Source: Sulfurihydrogenibium sp. (GTDB lineage: Bacteria; Aquificota; Aquificia; Aquificales; Hydrogenothermaceae). From it: 21,176 nucleotides of DNA. The stretch covers positions 1 to 21,176 of the forward strand of contig JBBIPN010000016.1 in assembly GCA_037442825.1 (NCBI GenBank), written 5' to 3'. Position 1 is the first letter of the stretch, and every line of letters begins with the position of its first letter. This document shows, piece by piece, positions 1 through 11,922 of this stretch. The translations under genes and the position numbers were made by a program. The notes below the pieces were generated by a model that made no database searches, was not told where the DNA came from, and saw nothing but the letters and a program-made list of their open reading frames with translations.

Positions 1-2165
<2,165 letters not shown>

Positions 2166-2213
2166 ATAAGTGAGTTTGTGATAATATATTTATCAAAAGG
2201 TGATGAGATAACA

Positions 2214-3932
2214 ATGAGATATATACGTGTTGCTCTTGCACAGATTAACCCTATAGTTGGAGATTTTGACTACAACCTTGATAAAATTTTAGAGTTTGTA
2301 AATTTAGCTAAAAAAAATGAAGTTGATCTGATAGCTTTTCCAGAGTTGGCTTTAACAGGTTATCCACCAGAAGATTTACTATTTAAACCAAGTTTTATAG
2401 AAAAAAATCTAAGTTACTTAGATAAACTTAAAGAAAAGATTGAAGATATTGTTGTTGTTGTTGGCTTTGTAGATAGAGATGAAGATATATACAATAGTGC
2501 AGCTGTAATTTACAATAAAAAAATAGTAGCTAAATATCATAAACAGTTTTTACCAAACTATGGTGTTTTTGATGAAAATAGATACTTCCAAAAAGGAGAT
2601 ACTCTTACAATACTAAAAATAGATGATAAAAAGATAGGGTTATCAATATGTGAAGATATATGGTATCCAGAAAATCCTGTAAATGACTATAGTTTACTTG
2701 GCGTATCACTTGTTATCAATATAAATGCATCCCCTTATTCAGAAGGAAAAATAAAGAAAAGAGAAGAACTTTTAAAAGTAAGGGCAAGGGACAATCTTTT
2801 ATCTATTGCTTATGTAAATATGGTTGGGGGACAAGACGAACTTGTTTTTGATGGAAATAGCTTTATTTTATCACCGAAAGGAACAATCTATGCAAAAGGT
2901 TTATCTTTTGAAGAAGATTTAGTTATTGCAGATATAGATTTAGATGAAGTATTTAGAGTTCAGCTTAAAGATGGAAGATTAAAAAACCTTAGAGTTTTAA
3001 ATAAAGATATAAAATATCAATTAGTAGAGATAGATTATAAACAAAAAGAGAAAAGGCAAATTATTGAAGAAAAAATTGTTCTTGATAAATCAGATATAGA
3101 AAACACTTATCAAGCTCTTGTTTTAGGTCTTAGAGATTATATAGTTAAAAATGGATTTAAAAAGGTTGTAATAGGTTTAAGTGGTGGTATAGATAGTTCA
3201 TTAGTTGCCTGTATAGCTGTAGATGCTTTAGGTAGTGAAAATGTTAAAGGTGTATTGATGCCTTCTCCATATACTTCTAAAGAATCTATTGAGGATGCTT
3301 TAGAACTTGCAAAAAATCTAAATATAGAAGCATTTACTATTCCTATTACAACAATTTTTAACACTTATCTAAAAGAGTTTGAAACTGTATTCTTTGGCTT
3401 AAAACCAGATACTACAGAAGAAAATCTTCAAGCAAGAATAAGAGGAAATATATTAATGGCTTTATCTAACAAATTTGGATGGATAGTTTTAGCTACTGGA
3501 AATAAAAGTGAGATGAGTGTTGGTTATTCTACACTGTATGGTGATATGGTTGGTGGTTTTGCTATCTTAAAAGATGTACTAAAGACAAAAGTTTACGAAC
3601 TTTGTAAATATAGAAACTCTATCTTAAAGGTTATACCTGATAGAGTCCTTATAAAACCGCCTTCTGCAGAACTTAGACCAAATCAAACAGATGAAGCAGA
3701 ACTATTACCTTATGATATATTAGATGAGATAATAAAAATGTATGTTGAGGAAGATCTATCTTTGGAAGAGATAGTAAACTATGGATTTAACAAAGATGAT
3801 GTTTTAAGAATTATAAAACTGATAGATAGAAACGAGTACAAAAGAAGACAAGCACCTATAGGTTTAAAGATTACAGAAAGAGCTTTCGGTAAAGACAGAA
3901 GGATGCCGATAACTTCAAGGTTTGAGGAATAA
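2214..3932 (+). CDS. nadE: Glutamine-dependent NAD+ synthetase
   Basis: N-terminal nitrilase-type glutaminase (FPEL, YHK, ICED) plus synthetase domain (GLSGGIDS, ENLQARIRG, TGNKSE, PPSAELRPNQ). Likely start is ATG 2214 after AAGGTGA. Confidence 0.96.
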   Translation: MRYIRVALAQINPIVGDFDYNLDKILEFVNLAKKNEVDLIAFPELALTGYPPEDLLFKPSFIEKNLSYLDKLKEKIEDIVVVVGFVDRDEDIYNSAAVIYNKKIVAKYHKQFLPNYGVFDENRYFQKGDTLTILKIDDKKIGLSICEDIWYPENPVNDYSLLGVSLVININASPYSEGKIKKREELLKVRARDNLLSIAYVNMVGGQDELVFDGNSFILSPKGTIYAKGLSFEEDLVIADIDLDEVFRVQLKDGRLKNLRVLNKDIKYQLVEIDYKQKEKRQIIEEKIVLDKSDIENTYQALVLGLRDYIVKNGFKKVVIGLSGGIDSSLVACIAVDALGSENVKGVLMPSPYTSKESIEDALELAKNLNIEAFTIPITTIFNTYLKEFETVFFGLKPDTTEENLQARIRGNILMALSNKFGWIVLATGNKSEMSVGYSTLYGDMVGGFAILKDVLKTKVYELCKYRNSILKVIPDRVLIKPPSAELRPNQTDEAELLPYDILDEIIKMYVEEDLSLEEIVNYGFNKDDVLRIIKLIDRNEYKRRQAPIGLKITERAFGKDRRMPITSRFEE

Positions 3933-3937
3933 ATATA

Positions 3938-5137
3938 ATGGATATACATCTTTTATTTTTACAACTTGCTTTAATACTTTTTGTTGGAAGAATTATTGGA
4001 GATTTTTTTAACAAATTTGGTTTACCATCTGTTTTAGGAGAAATTTTAGCTGGTGTTATACTTGGTTCAAGTGTTTTAGGTATTATAGAAGTTAATGAAG
4101 CTATAAAAGTTTTGGCAGAGATAGGAATAATTTTACTGCTTTTCCAAGTTGGTTTAGAAGCAGATTTCCACCAATTAAAAAGGGTAGGATTTTTTGCTTT
4201 TATAGTAGCTGTAGTAGGTGCAGCTACTCCAATGTTTTTAGGAACTGTTATAAGTTATTATTTTCTTAATTTATCTTTAGCTACATCTTTATTTATAGGT
4301 GGGACTTTAACAGCAACAAGTATAGGTATAACTGTAAAGGTTATATCGGAACTTGGTAGATTAAATGAAAGATTTGCTCAAATAGTTCTTGGAGCTGCAG
4401 TTTTAGATGATATTATAGGTGTTATTGTTCTATCTGTTTTATATGAGTATGCAAAAAAAGGCACATTAGATTTAAATGGTGCTCTTATTTTATCTGGATA
4501 CATAGGAACATTTTTTATTCTTTCTCCAATATTAGCAAAGTTAATGATAAAGTTGATAAATATATTTTCAGTGAAACTTAAAAGTGAAGAGTTTATTCCT
4601 GTTGCTGTAATGTCTACAATTTTCTTTTTTGCTTTTTTATCTCATGAAATAGGTTCTCCAGAGATTTTGGGAGCTTTCACTGTTGGTCTTGCACTTTCAA
4701 GGAGATTTGTAATTCCTTTTGCAGCATTTTTAAAAGCAGAAGAAAAATATAAAATGGTAGAGAAAATAGAAAACTCTATTCTACCTATAGGTTATATACT
4801 TATGCCTATATTTTTTGTATCCATAGGATTAAGCTTAAATCTTAAAGCTATAGATTTTAGTTCTGTAATATTTTGGGAGATATCTATAATTTTAATGATT
4901 ATAGCCTTTATAGGTAAACTAATATCTGGATTTTTTATTAAAGCTAAATGGAAAGAAAAGATTTTAATTGGTTTTTCTATGCTTCCAAGGGGAGAAGTAG
5001 GTCTTATATTTGCTGAGATTGGTAAACAGTCTAAACTTTTTGATGATGTTTTATATGCAAGTGTAATTTTTATAGTTGCTATAACTACTTTAATATCACC
5101 GATAGCTTTAAAGTATTTAACTAAAAAAGGTTTCTAA
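3938..5137 (+). CDS. Cation/H+ antiporter, CPA2 (NapA/KefB-like) family
   Basis: Many hydrophobic helices; GEILAG, ATSIGIT, AAVLDD and PRGEVGLI motifs. Confidence 0.9.
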   Translation: MDIHLLFLQLALILFVGRIIGDFFNKFGLPSVLGEILAGVILGSSVLGIIEVNEAIKVLAEIGIILLLFQVGLEADFHQLKRVGFFAFIVAVVGAATPMFLGTVISYYFLNLSLATSLFIGGTLTATSIGITVKVISELGRLNERFAQIVLGAAVLDDIIGVIVLSVLYEYAKKGTLDLNGALILSGYIGTFFILSPILAKLMIKLINIFSVKLKSEEFIPVAVMSTIFFFAFLSHEIGSPEILGAFTVGLALSRRFVIPFAAFLKAEEKYKMVEKIENSILPIGYILMPIFFVSIGLSLNLKAIDFSSVIFWEISIILMIIAFIGKLISGFFIKAKWKEKILIGFSMLPRGEVGLIFAEIGKQSKLFDDVLYASVIFIVAITTLISPIALKYLTKKGF

Positions 5138-5722
5138 CTTTTTATAACTTTCAGGGGTATTAACACTAAAATAACTCCCAAGTTTTTTATCAACTTTTTC
5201 AATATCTTCTTTACTGACCTTTAAATAGTTTAAAGATTCTATCCATGCCATGAGAGATTTTTTCTTTTGGTATACAAAGATAGCTTTTTCTAATGCTTTT
5301 TTTGTATAGACTGTATTTAATGGCTGTAGTTTTCCATTTATATCTGGTATCACACAGTCGTACTTTTTAATCAGCGTTTTATAATAATCTATTAGATTTT
5401 CCTCTAAAAGTGGTGTATCTACTGTTGCTATGAAAATGTTTTTATTTGTTATGTATTCATATGCACTAACAATTCCATTTAAAGGTCCATCATAGGGGTT
5501 TTTATCTTTCACAATTTTTATTTTAGAAAGATAATCCTTTAAAACTCCTTCATAGATTCCTTGATCTTTGTTTACAACGATAACTATCTCATCACATTTT
5601 TTAAAAAGTTTCTCTATAATAACCAAGATAAATGGTTTCCCTTTATAATCTAAAAAAGCTTTGTCTGTTCCCATTCTTTTACTTTGTCCGCCAGCAAGAA
5701 GTATACAGCTAATGTTATTCAT
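5117..5722 (-). CDS. mobA: Molybdenum cofactor guanylyltransferase
   Basis: LLAGGQSKRMGTDKA, GPLNGI, VDTP, QPL and SVNTPE motifs; 201 aa. Confidence 0.9.
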   Translation of the reverse strand: MNNISCILLAGGQSKRMGTDKAFLDYKGKPFILVIIEKLFKKCDEIVIVVNKDQGIYEGVLKDYLSKIKIVKDKNPYDGPLNGIVSAYEYITNKNIFIATVDTPLLEENLIDYYKTLIKKYDCVIPDINGKLQPLNTVYTKKALEKAIFVYQKKKSLMAWIESLNYLKVSKEDIEKVDKKLGSYFSVNTPESYKKLETFFS

Positions 5723-6665
5723 AATCGTATAAAGCTGTTGTTAGATATTTTTCACCACCATCAGGACAGATAAACACTATTAAACCTTCATTAATCTCCC
5801 TTGCTACTTTTATAGCTGCTTCAAAAGCAGCACCTGAAGACTGTCCTACAAATATACCTTCTAACTTTGATAACTCTCTTGCTCTCTGATAAGCAATATC
5901 TGTCCCTATAAATATTGTCCTATCTAATCTGTTTTCGTCAAAAATACCTGGTTTTATTGACGTTTCTATATACTTTAAACCTTCAATACCATGGAATGGA
6001 CTATCAGGTTGAACACCAATAACTTGGATATCTGAGTTGTATATCTTTAATCTTCTTCCAGTTCCCATTACAGTTCCACCTGTACCAATACCAGCTATAA
6101 AATGAGTTATCTTCCCTTCTGTTTGATTCCATATCTCAACAGCTGTAGAGTCAAAATGGGCTTTCCAGTTTGCATCGTTGTTATACTGATCTATATAACA
6201 GTATCTATCTGGATACTTTTCTACTAATTTTCTAACGTAGATTATAGCTCCGTCAGTACTTTCAAGGGGATTTGTAAAATGTATTTTTGCACCAAATGCT
6301 TTTATTATTCTTTTTCTTTCTTCACTAACATTTGAAGGCATAGCAAGTTCTACTTGATGACCTAAAGCTGTTCCTACCATTGCTAAAGCTATTCCAGTAT
6401 TTCCAGATGTTGCGTCAATGATAACTTTATCTTTTGTTAATTTTCCAGATTTTATAGCTTCTAAAATCATTCTTGTAGCTGGTCTATCTTTTACTGAACC
6501 ACCAGGATTGTAAGATTCTAACTTAGCGTATATTTTTACATTTTTCTTTTTAATATCTTCTGGTAGTGAGTTACTAAGCTCTACAAGTGGTGTATTACCT
6601 ACTAACTCAAGTATAGATTTTCTTGTTTTCCTATAACCTTCATCGTGATTTCCTAATATCCACAT
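5715..6665 (-). CDS. cysM: PLP-dependent cysteine synthase (CysM-type)
   Basis: GNTPLV, NPGGSVKDR (PLP Lys), TSGNTG, GIGTGGT, SSGA and PDGGEKYL; GAGG RBS upstream. Confidence 0.88.
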   Translation of the reverse strand: MWILGNHDEGYRKTRKSILELVGNTPLVELSNSLPEDIKKKNVKIYAKLESYNPGGSVKDRPATRMILEAIKSGKLTKDKVIIDATSGNTGIALAMVGTALGHQVELAMPSNVSEERKRIIKAFGAKIHFTNPLESTDGAIIYVRKLVEKYPDRYCYIDQYNNDANWKAHFDSTAVEIWNQTEGKITHFIAGIGTGGTVMGTGRRLKIYNSDIQVIGVQPDSPFHGIEGLKYIETSIKPGIFDENRLDRTIFIGTDIAYQRARELSKLEGIFVGQSSGAAFEAAIKVAREINEGLIVFICPDGGEKYLTTALYDYE

Positions 6666-6690
6666 AAAAACCTCAAGGTTTTTTCTATTT

Positions 6691-6699
6691 ATTATATCA
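6691..6699 (-). promoter_or_regulatory. Extended -10 element (TGaTATAAT), putative internal promoter for cysM-mobA
   Basis: Minus strand reads TGATATAAT in the 47-bp truB-cysM gap, 25 nt upstream of the cysM ATG. Confidence 0.45.
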
Positions 6700-6712
6700 A
6701 TAACTATCTAAG

Positions 6713-7570
6713 TTAGGTATTACTAACTAACACAATCTCCGGTTTTAAGATTTTATCTTCAACCTGACATATTCCTAATAAAACATTTTCTTCATTTAAA
6801 ACTTTTATTTTTCCATTGTTTTCATGATCTATGTAAAATTTCTGACCTTGTTTAAATTTTCTTTCCAGTTCTTTATTAATAACAATAGTATCAAAAAAGT
6901 ATAGTGCATCTTTTAAATCTATTATATTTACCTTTTCATCTTTTAGTATATCTTCTAATGTTATAGCATCTTTTAAATCAAATTTATCAATCTTTAACCT
7001 TACTAAATCTGACATATAAGCACCACAACCTAACTTATCACCAATGTCTTTAATTAAACTTCTTATATACGTACCAGAAGAACAACCGACCTTTATCTTA
7101 AAGTATGGTAAGTTTATTTCTACGATTTCTATATTGTATATATTTACTAAGATTGGTTTTAACAGAAGGTCTAAACCTTTTTTTGCTAATTTATAAGCCC
7201 TTGTGCCATTTATTCTTTTAGCTGAAAATGGTGGTGGGTATTGATAATATTGCCCTTCGAAAGATTTAATAACATTGATTAAATCTTCTTCATTAATACT
7301 TACTTCCTTTTTTTCAACTACACGTCCTTGATTGTCGTATGTATCTGTAATTTCTCCTAACTTTCCTTCTGCTAAATACTCTTTATCAAGTTTCTGAAAG
7401 TACTGAGTAAATTTTGTTCCTTTTCCTATTGTTAAAATCATCAATCCAGATGCTGCAAAATCAAGTGTTCCAGTATGTCCTACTTTTTCTTTTAACTGCT
7501 TTTTAACTTTTATAACTAAATCGTTTGATGTTATAAATTTTGGTTTATTTACAAGTAATATTCCGTCCAT
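6713..7570 (-). CDS. truB: tRNA pseudouridine-55 synthase
   Basis: GILLVNKP, GHTGTLD (catalytic Asp), TDTYD, PPPFSAKRING.RAY and CSSGTYIRSL motifs. Confidence 0.95.
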   Translation of the reverse strand: MDGILLVNKPKFITSNDLVIKVKKQLKEKVGHTGTLDFAASGLMILTIGKGTKFTQYFQKLDKEYLAEGKLGEITDTYDNQGRVVEKKEVSINEEDLINVIKSFEGQYYQYPPPFSAKRINGTRAYKLAKKGLDLLLKPILVNIYNIEIVEINLPYFKIKVGCSSGTYIRSLIKDIGDKLGCGAYMSDLVRLKIDKFDLKDAITLEDILKDEKVNIIDLKDALYFFDTIVINKELERKFKQGQKFYIDHENNGKIKVLNEENVLLGICQVEDKILKPEIVLVSNT

Positions 7571-8795
7571 ATTTTAAAATCTCTCCTATCAAGTATAATG
7601 AACCTGTTATTAATATTATTGTATTCCCATCTGCTAAATATTTTGCTTTACATATAGCATCTTTTGGATTTTTGATGATAGTTTTTATATCTAAATTAAA
7701 AAAATCTTCTTCTTTCATCCCTCTTGAAAAATCTAATGTAGTAGCTATAAGAAAATCGCTATTTTCTTTAATTATATTAACCATTTTGTTTACATCTTTA
7801 TCTTTCATAAAAGAAAATATAGAGATGATTTTTTTATTTGGAAATATATCTTTCAATTCTTTATATGTTTTTTCTAAACCTTCAGTATTATGGGCTCCAT
7901 CAATAATGATAGTTGGGTTTTTTGAGATAATTTCCATTCTTCCTTGCCATTTTGTAAAGTACAAAGCTTTTTTAATAATATTTTCACTAATAGGTTGATT
8001 ATCTTTTTCTAAGTAAACTAAGAAGGTTGTTAATGCTGTTGAGCTGTTTTCTATCTGTCTTTTTCCTATCATGGAAATTTCTATATCTTCAAAGATTATA
8101 TCTCTAAAGTGATAGTCAAATATATTAAACCATTTTTCTACAGTCTTAAAATCTACATCTTTAATGTAAAACTCTTTTATACTCCTTTTATTTAACCAAT
8201 ATTTTATCTCTTCTTGATTTCTACCTACTACTACAGGTTTATCTTGTCTTGTTATGCCTGTTTTTTCATAAGCTATATCTAAAAGTGTATTTCCAAGTAG
8301 ATGTGTATGGTCATAAGATACATTTGTTATTACTGATATTTCTGGATCTAATACGTTAGTTGAATCCCATCTTCCACCAAGTCCAACTTCAACAATTGCA
8401 ATATCTATTTTTTCATCTGAGAAATATTTAAAAGCAAGTAATGTACAAGCTTCAAAGTATGTTAAATTGTACTTTTCAATATTTGACATTAGTTTGTGTA
8501 TATATTTTTGTAATTTTTCATCATCTATACTTTTTCTATCTATCTGCCATCGTTCATTTTCTTTTATTAAATGTGGTGAGGTAAAGAGTCCTGTCTTAAA
8601 ACCATAGTATCTAAATAAACTTTCTAAAAAAGCTGCTGTAGAACCTTTTCCATTTGTACCTGTAATAAGTATAGATTTAAAATCTTTGTGGGGGTTTCCT
8701 ATATCTTCTAAAGCTAAACGAATCCTATCTAAACCAGGTTCTATTTTAAATACTTTACGTTGGAAAAAATCGTAAAGGTTATACTTTTTTTCCAT
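7545..8795 (-). CDS. folC: Bifunctional folylpolyglutamate synthase/dihydrofolate synthase
   Basis: GTNGKGS P-loop, TSPHL, EVGLGGRWDSTN, DGAHN and TGSLYLIG. Confidence 0.95.
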   Translation of the reverse strand: MEKKYNLYDFFQRKVFKIEPGLDRIRLALEDIGNPHKDFKSILITGTNGKGSTAAFLESLFRYYGFKTGLFTSPHLIKENERWQIDRKSIDDEKLQKYIHKLMSNIEKYNLTYFEACTLLAFKYFSDEKIDIAIVEVGLGGRWDSTNVLDPEISVITNVSYDHTHLLGNTLLDIAYEKTGITRQDKPVVVGRNQEEIKYWLNKRSIKEFYIKDVDFKTVEKWFNIFDYHFRDIIFEDIEISMIGKRQIENSSTALTTFLVYLEKDNQPISENIIKKALYFTKWQGRMEIISKNPTIIIDGAHNTEGLEKTYKELKDIFPNKKIISIFSFMKDKDVNKMVNIIKENSDFLIATTLDFSRGMKEEDFFNLDIKTIIKNPKDAICKAKYLADGNTIILITGSLYLIGEILKYGRNITCK

Positions 8796-9561
8796 TTATA
8801 CGTTTTAAATAGAAGTATAAAGTTATTCCAGCTATTACCATTCCTATGGTTATTATCTGGTTCCAGGTAAGTCCAATTATAGGTAAAGGTGGTGTTACAC
8901 CTCTCCAAAATTCAAGTAAAAATCTCTCTATTCCATACATGATAAAGTATAAAGATAATATCTGACCATCAAACTGTTTTTTTCTGTATATGAAAAAAAG
9001 TATAAAAAACATCGATAAATTTCCTAAAGCTTCTGCCGGTTGTGTTGGATATAACGGTATATTTGGTGGTGCAAGTGTATCAGGATGTTTAGGAAATATT
9101 ATAGCTATATCTTTGAAAGGTGAATCTGGTGGAACTTCTTTCCCATAGCAACATCCAGCAGAGGTACATCCAAGTCTTCCAAAGAAATGTCCAAGTGGTA
9201 TAGATATACCAGCTATATCTCCAAGTTTAAAGAAAGAAAGATTTTTAATTTTTAGGTATACTAAAGCTACAACTAAACCACCGATAAAACCACCAAACCA
9301 ATCTATTCCACCATTCCATACAGCAAAAAAATCTAAAAATGATTTAAACTCGTCGGTATGTTCTATTATATATGCTATTCTTGCTCCAACAATTCCACCT
9401 AAAACTGTAAAAATGAAAAAATTTTCATAATCTTTTTCTTTTATAGCTTCTTTTTTTGCAAAATGAAGTCCTACATAATAACCAGCTAAAAGACCAATAG
9501 CAGCCAACACTCCATAAGTATGAATAGTAAATCCGCCTATATTGATTAAATCTGGAAACAT
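8779..9561 (-). CDS. lgt: Prolipoprotein diacylglyceryl transferase
   Basis: Membrane protein with IHTYG, GARIAY, WNGG..WFGG, GRLGC..GCCYG, PTQ and RF..EFWR motifs. Confidence 0.93.
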   Translation of the reverse strand: MFPDLINIGGFTIHTYGVLAAIGLLAGYYVGLHFAKKEAIKEKDYENFFIFTVLGGIVGARIAYIIEHTDEFKSFLDFFAVWNGGIDWFGGFIGGLVVALVYLKIKNLSFFKLGDIAGISIPLGHFFGRLGCTSAGCCYGKEVPPDSPFKDIAIIFPKHPDTLAPPNIPLYPTQPAEALGNLSMFFILFFIYRKKQFDGQILSLYFIMYGIERFLLEFWRGVTPPLPIIGLTWNQIITIGMVIAGITLYFYLKRINGKKV

Positions 9562-9562
9562 C

Positions 9563-10102
9563 TTAAGCTTCCTCCAATTGGTTTTCTTTTAACATTTTAA
9601 AGTATTTATCAAGAACTATTTTTCTCTTCAAAGGAGAAAGATAACTGATAAACGGTATACCATTTAAATGGTCTATCTCATGTTGAAGTACAATAGCTAA
9701 AAATTCTGAACTTTCTATCTCAACATTTTCACCTTTTTCATTTTTTCCAACTACTTTAACTCTTTTGTACCTTGGTATTGTTATCTGAACACCTGGAAAA
9801 CTTAAACAACCTTCTGTAGATTGAACTTCTCCTTCTTTTTCTACAATCTTTGGATTTATTAAAACAAGTTTTACTGGTGGTTCTTTTTCACCTTCATTTT
9901 TCTTTTCTCTTGTAGATGTATCTATAACAAGTATTTGATACGGTATTCCTATTTGGTTTGCTGCAAGACCAACACCTTCTTCTTTATACATAAATTCCCA
10001 CATTTTTTCTATATGCTCTTTTAATCTGTTATCAAAAAAGTCAACTTCTTTTGTTGGTTCTTTTAGTATTTTATCTGGCCATGTTCTTATTTTATACTCC
10101 AT
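9563..10102 (-). CDS. def: Peptide deformylase
   Basis: GVGLAANQIG, EGCLS and QHEIDHLNG signature motifs. Confidence 0.97.
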   Translation of the reverse strand: MEYKIRTWPDKILKEPTKEVDFFDNRLKEHIEKMWEFMYKEEGVGLAANQIGIPYQILVIDTSTREKKNEGEKEPPVKLVLINPKIVEKEGEVQSTEGCLSFPGVQITIPRYKRVKVVGKNEKGENVEIESSEFLAIVLQHEIDHLNGIPFISYLSPLKRKIVLDKYFKMLKENQLEEA

Positions 10103-10114
10103 TTTTCTTCTCCT

Positions 10115-10777
10115 TTAGGTACAGATTAGCATATTAGATTTTAAATTTTGGACGTTTTCTTTTATATTGCCTTTAAAAACAGAACTTCCAGCTACAAATA
10201 TATTTACACCTAACATAGAAAGATACTGTATATTTTCTATATTTACACCACCGTCTATCTCAATTAAAACGTCTGTCCTTCCTGTTTCTTCAAGTAGTAA
10301 TTTTAATTTTTTAACTTTCTCTGCTGTTTGTGGAATAAATTTTTGACCACCAAAACCTGGATTAACTGACATTATTAAAACAAAATCTATATAATGTATA
10401 ATATCTTCAAGCACGTTTATAGGTGTAGCTGGATTTAAAACAACGCCAGCTTTTACATCGTTTGATTTTATTAAATCTACCACTCTATGGGAATGGATAG
10501 TTGCATCCATATGGAAAGATATCATATCAACACCAGCTTTTATAAAGTCTGGTATATACTTTTCTGGTTCAACTATCATTAAATGGGCATCAAAAGGTAA
10601 GTTTGTCGTTTTTCTTATCGATTCTACAACTACAGGACCAATTGTTATATTTGGTACATATCTACCATCCATTATATCAAGATGTATAATATCAGCTCCT
10701 GCTTCTTCTACTTCCTTTATCTGTTGTCCCAATATTGAAAAATCTGCAGATAGTATAGATGGTGCTAAAAGTTTCAT
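10115..10777 (-). CDS. rpe: Ribulose-phosphate 3-epimerase
   Basis: APSILSADF, HLDIMDG, DAHLM, MSVNPGFGGQ and EIDGG. Confidence 0.97.
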   Translation of the reverse strand: MKLLAPSILSADFSILGQQIKEVEEAGADIIHLDIMDGRYVPNITIGPVVVESIRKTTNLPFDAHLMIVEPEKYIPDFIKAGVDMISFHMDATIHSHRVVDLIKSNDVKAGVVLNPATPINVLEDIIHYIDFVLIMSVNPGFGGQKFIPQTAEKVKKLKLLLEETGRTDVLIEIDGGVNIENIQYLSMLGVNIFVAGSSVFKGNIKENVQNLKSNMLICT

Positions 10778-11679
10778 AAAACCTCCTTTTCTTTTAACTT
10801 TCTTTTTAAATTACAAACAGCACAGATTTTATTTAATGATGGTTCTCCACATATTTCACATTTTCCAAGTTCTACTTTTTCACTACTTTTTAAAATTGAA
10901 TACATATTCCTCAAAAACTCTGAATAAAATCTTAATTTTGTTCCAGGACTTTTTTCTTCAAGTATAGAAAGATAAATTTTATAATCAATAGAAGTTGCTC
11001 CTTCTGAAAAGGGACATTCTTCTTCAATGTAATCGATATTTGATAGTATAGCATACATAGCAGATTCTTTCTCTGATATTTTACATAAAGGTTTAACTTT
11101 TCTTATAAATCCATTTTCTTCGTTTAATACTGGGTACTGCCTTTTTAGATAATCTATGTTCCAGTTTATGGTATTTGAAAATAAAACTGCTGATTCATCA
11201 TCTAAGTTGTGTCCTGTTGTAATAATGTTGTATCCAAGTTCTTTTGCTTTTTTATTCATATAGTATCTTTTTACTGTTCCACATACTGAACAAGCTGGCT
11301 TAAAATCTACCTTTCTTATTTCAGGTATAGGTAGTATTTCATCTGATAGTTCTAATATGTAAAGTTTTCTTCCAATTTTTTCAGAAAAAGCTGTAGCCAA
11401 CTCTTTTGACCTTTGGGAATACTCTCCAATCCCAAGGTTTATATAAAATCCATCTACATTGTATCCAAGTTTATAAAGTGCATTCCACAATGATAAACTA
11501 TCTTTACCGCCAGATACTGAAACTAATATACTATCTTGCTTTGTAAACATTTTAAACTCTTTTACTGTCTTTTCTACTCTACTTTCAAACCATTGTATAT
11601 AGTGGTCTTTACATAAAGAAAGTCTATGTTGAGGTAGGAAAACAGAAGCTTTATTTTTACATTTAAAACATTTTTTCAA
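10774..11679 (-). CDS. ttuA: tRNA 2-thiouridine (s2T54) sulfurtransferase TtuA (TtcA/TtuA family)
   Basis: N- and C-terminal Zn fingers (CxxC..CxxH; CxxC..CxxC), PP-loop SGGKDS, CSVC plus EECP Fe-S ligands, GHNLDD. TTG start directly after ttuB. Confidence 0.88.
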   Translation of the reverse strand: MKKCFKCKNKASVFLPQHRLSLCKDHYIQWFESRVEKTVKEFKMFTKQDSILVSVSGGKDSLSLWNALYKLGYNVDGFYINLGIGEYSQRSKELATAFSEKIGRKLYILELSDEILPIPEIRKVDFKPACSVCGTVKRYYMNKKAKELGYNIITTGHNLDDESAVLFSNTINWNIDYLKRQYPVLNEENGFIRKVKPLCKISEKESAMYAILSNIDYIEEECPFSEGATSIDYKIYLSILEEKSPGTKLRFYSEFLRNMYSILKSSEKVELGKCEICGEPSLNKICAVCNLKRKLKEKEVL

Positions 11680-11680
11680 T

Positions 11681-11884
11681 TCATCCTCCAGATATAGCGT
11701 TAACTACTCTTACAACTTCACCATCTTTAATATATTCATTCTCATCCAGAATTTCACCATCTTTTATAACAAAAGCATAATACCTTGAAAGATTTAAATG
11801 TTTAAGAATATCTTGAACTTTAACTTTTTCTTTATCAAACTCTAAGATTAACTTTTTACCTCTATAAACTACATCTATTTTCAT
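11681..11884 (-). CDS. ttuB: Ubiquitin-like ThiS/MoaD-family sulfur carrier (TtuB), 67 aa
   Basis: Small protein ending in ISGG, immediately upstream of ttuA. ATG at 11884 is preceded by AGAGGT at 6-nt spacing. Confidence 0.82.
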   Translation of the reverse strand: MKIDVVYRGKKLILEFDKEKVKVQDILKHLNLSRYYAFVIKDGEILDENEYIKDGEVVRVVNAISGG

Positions 11885-11922
11885 AAACAAACCTCTAACT
11901 ATTTTAAGATAAAGAAAATATT

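Noticed and set aside
5117..5137. 21-bp convergent 3' overlap of the antiporter and mobA without an obvious terminator
   Set aside because: Common in compact genomes; there is no specific evidence of antisense regulation.
7540..7998. 152-aa + strand ORF, and similar antisense ORFs at 153-362, 1228-1428, 1969-2241, 3137-3364, 12781-13005, 12927-13133, 13620-13853, 16414-16680 and 20037-20333
   Set aside because: Shadow ORFs opposite well-supported genes, with no recognisable motifs and a composition typical of antisense reading.
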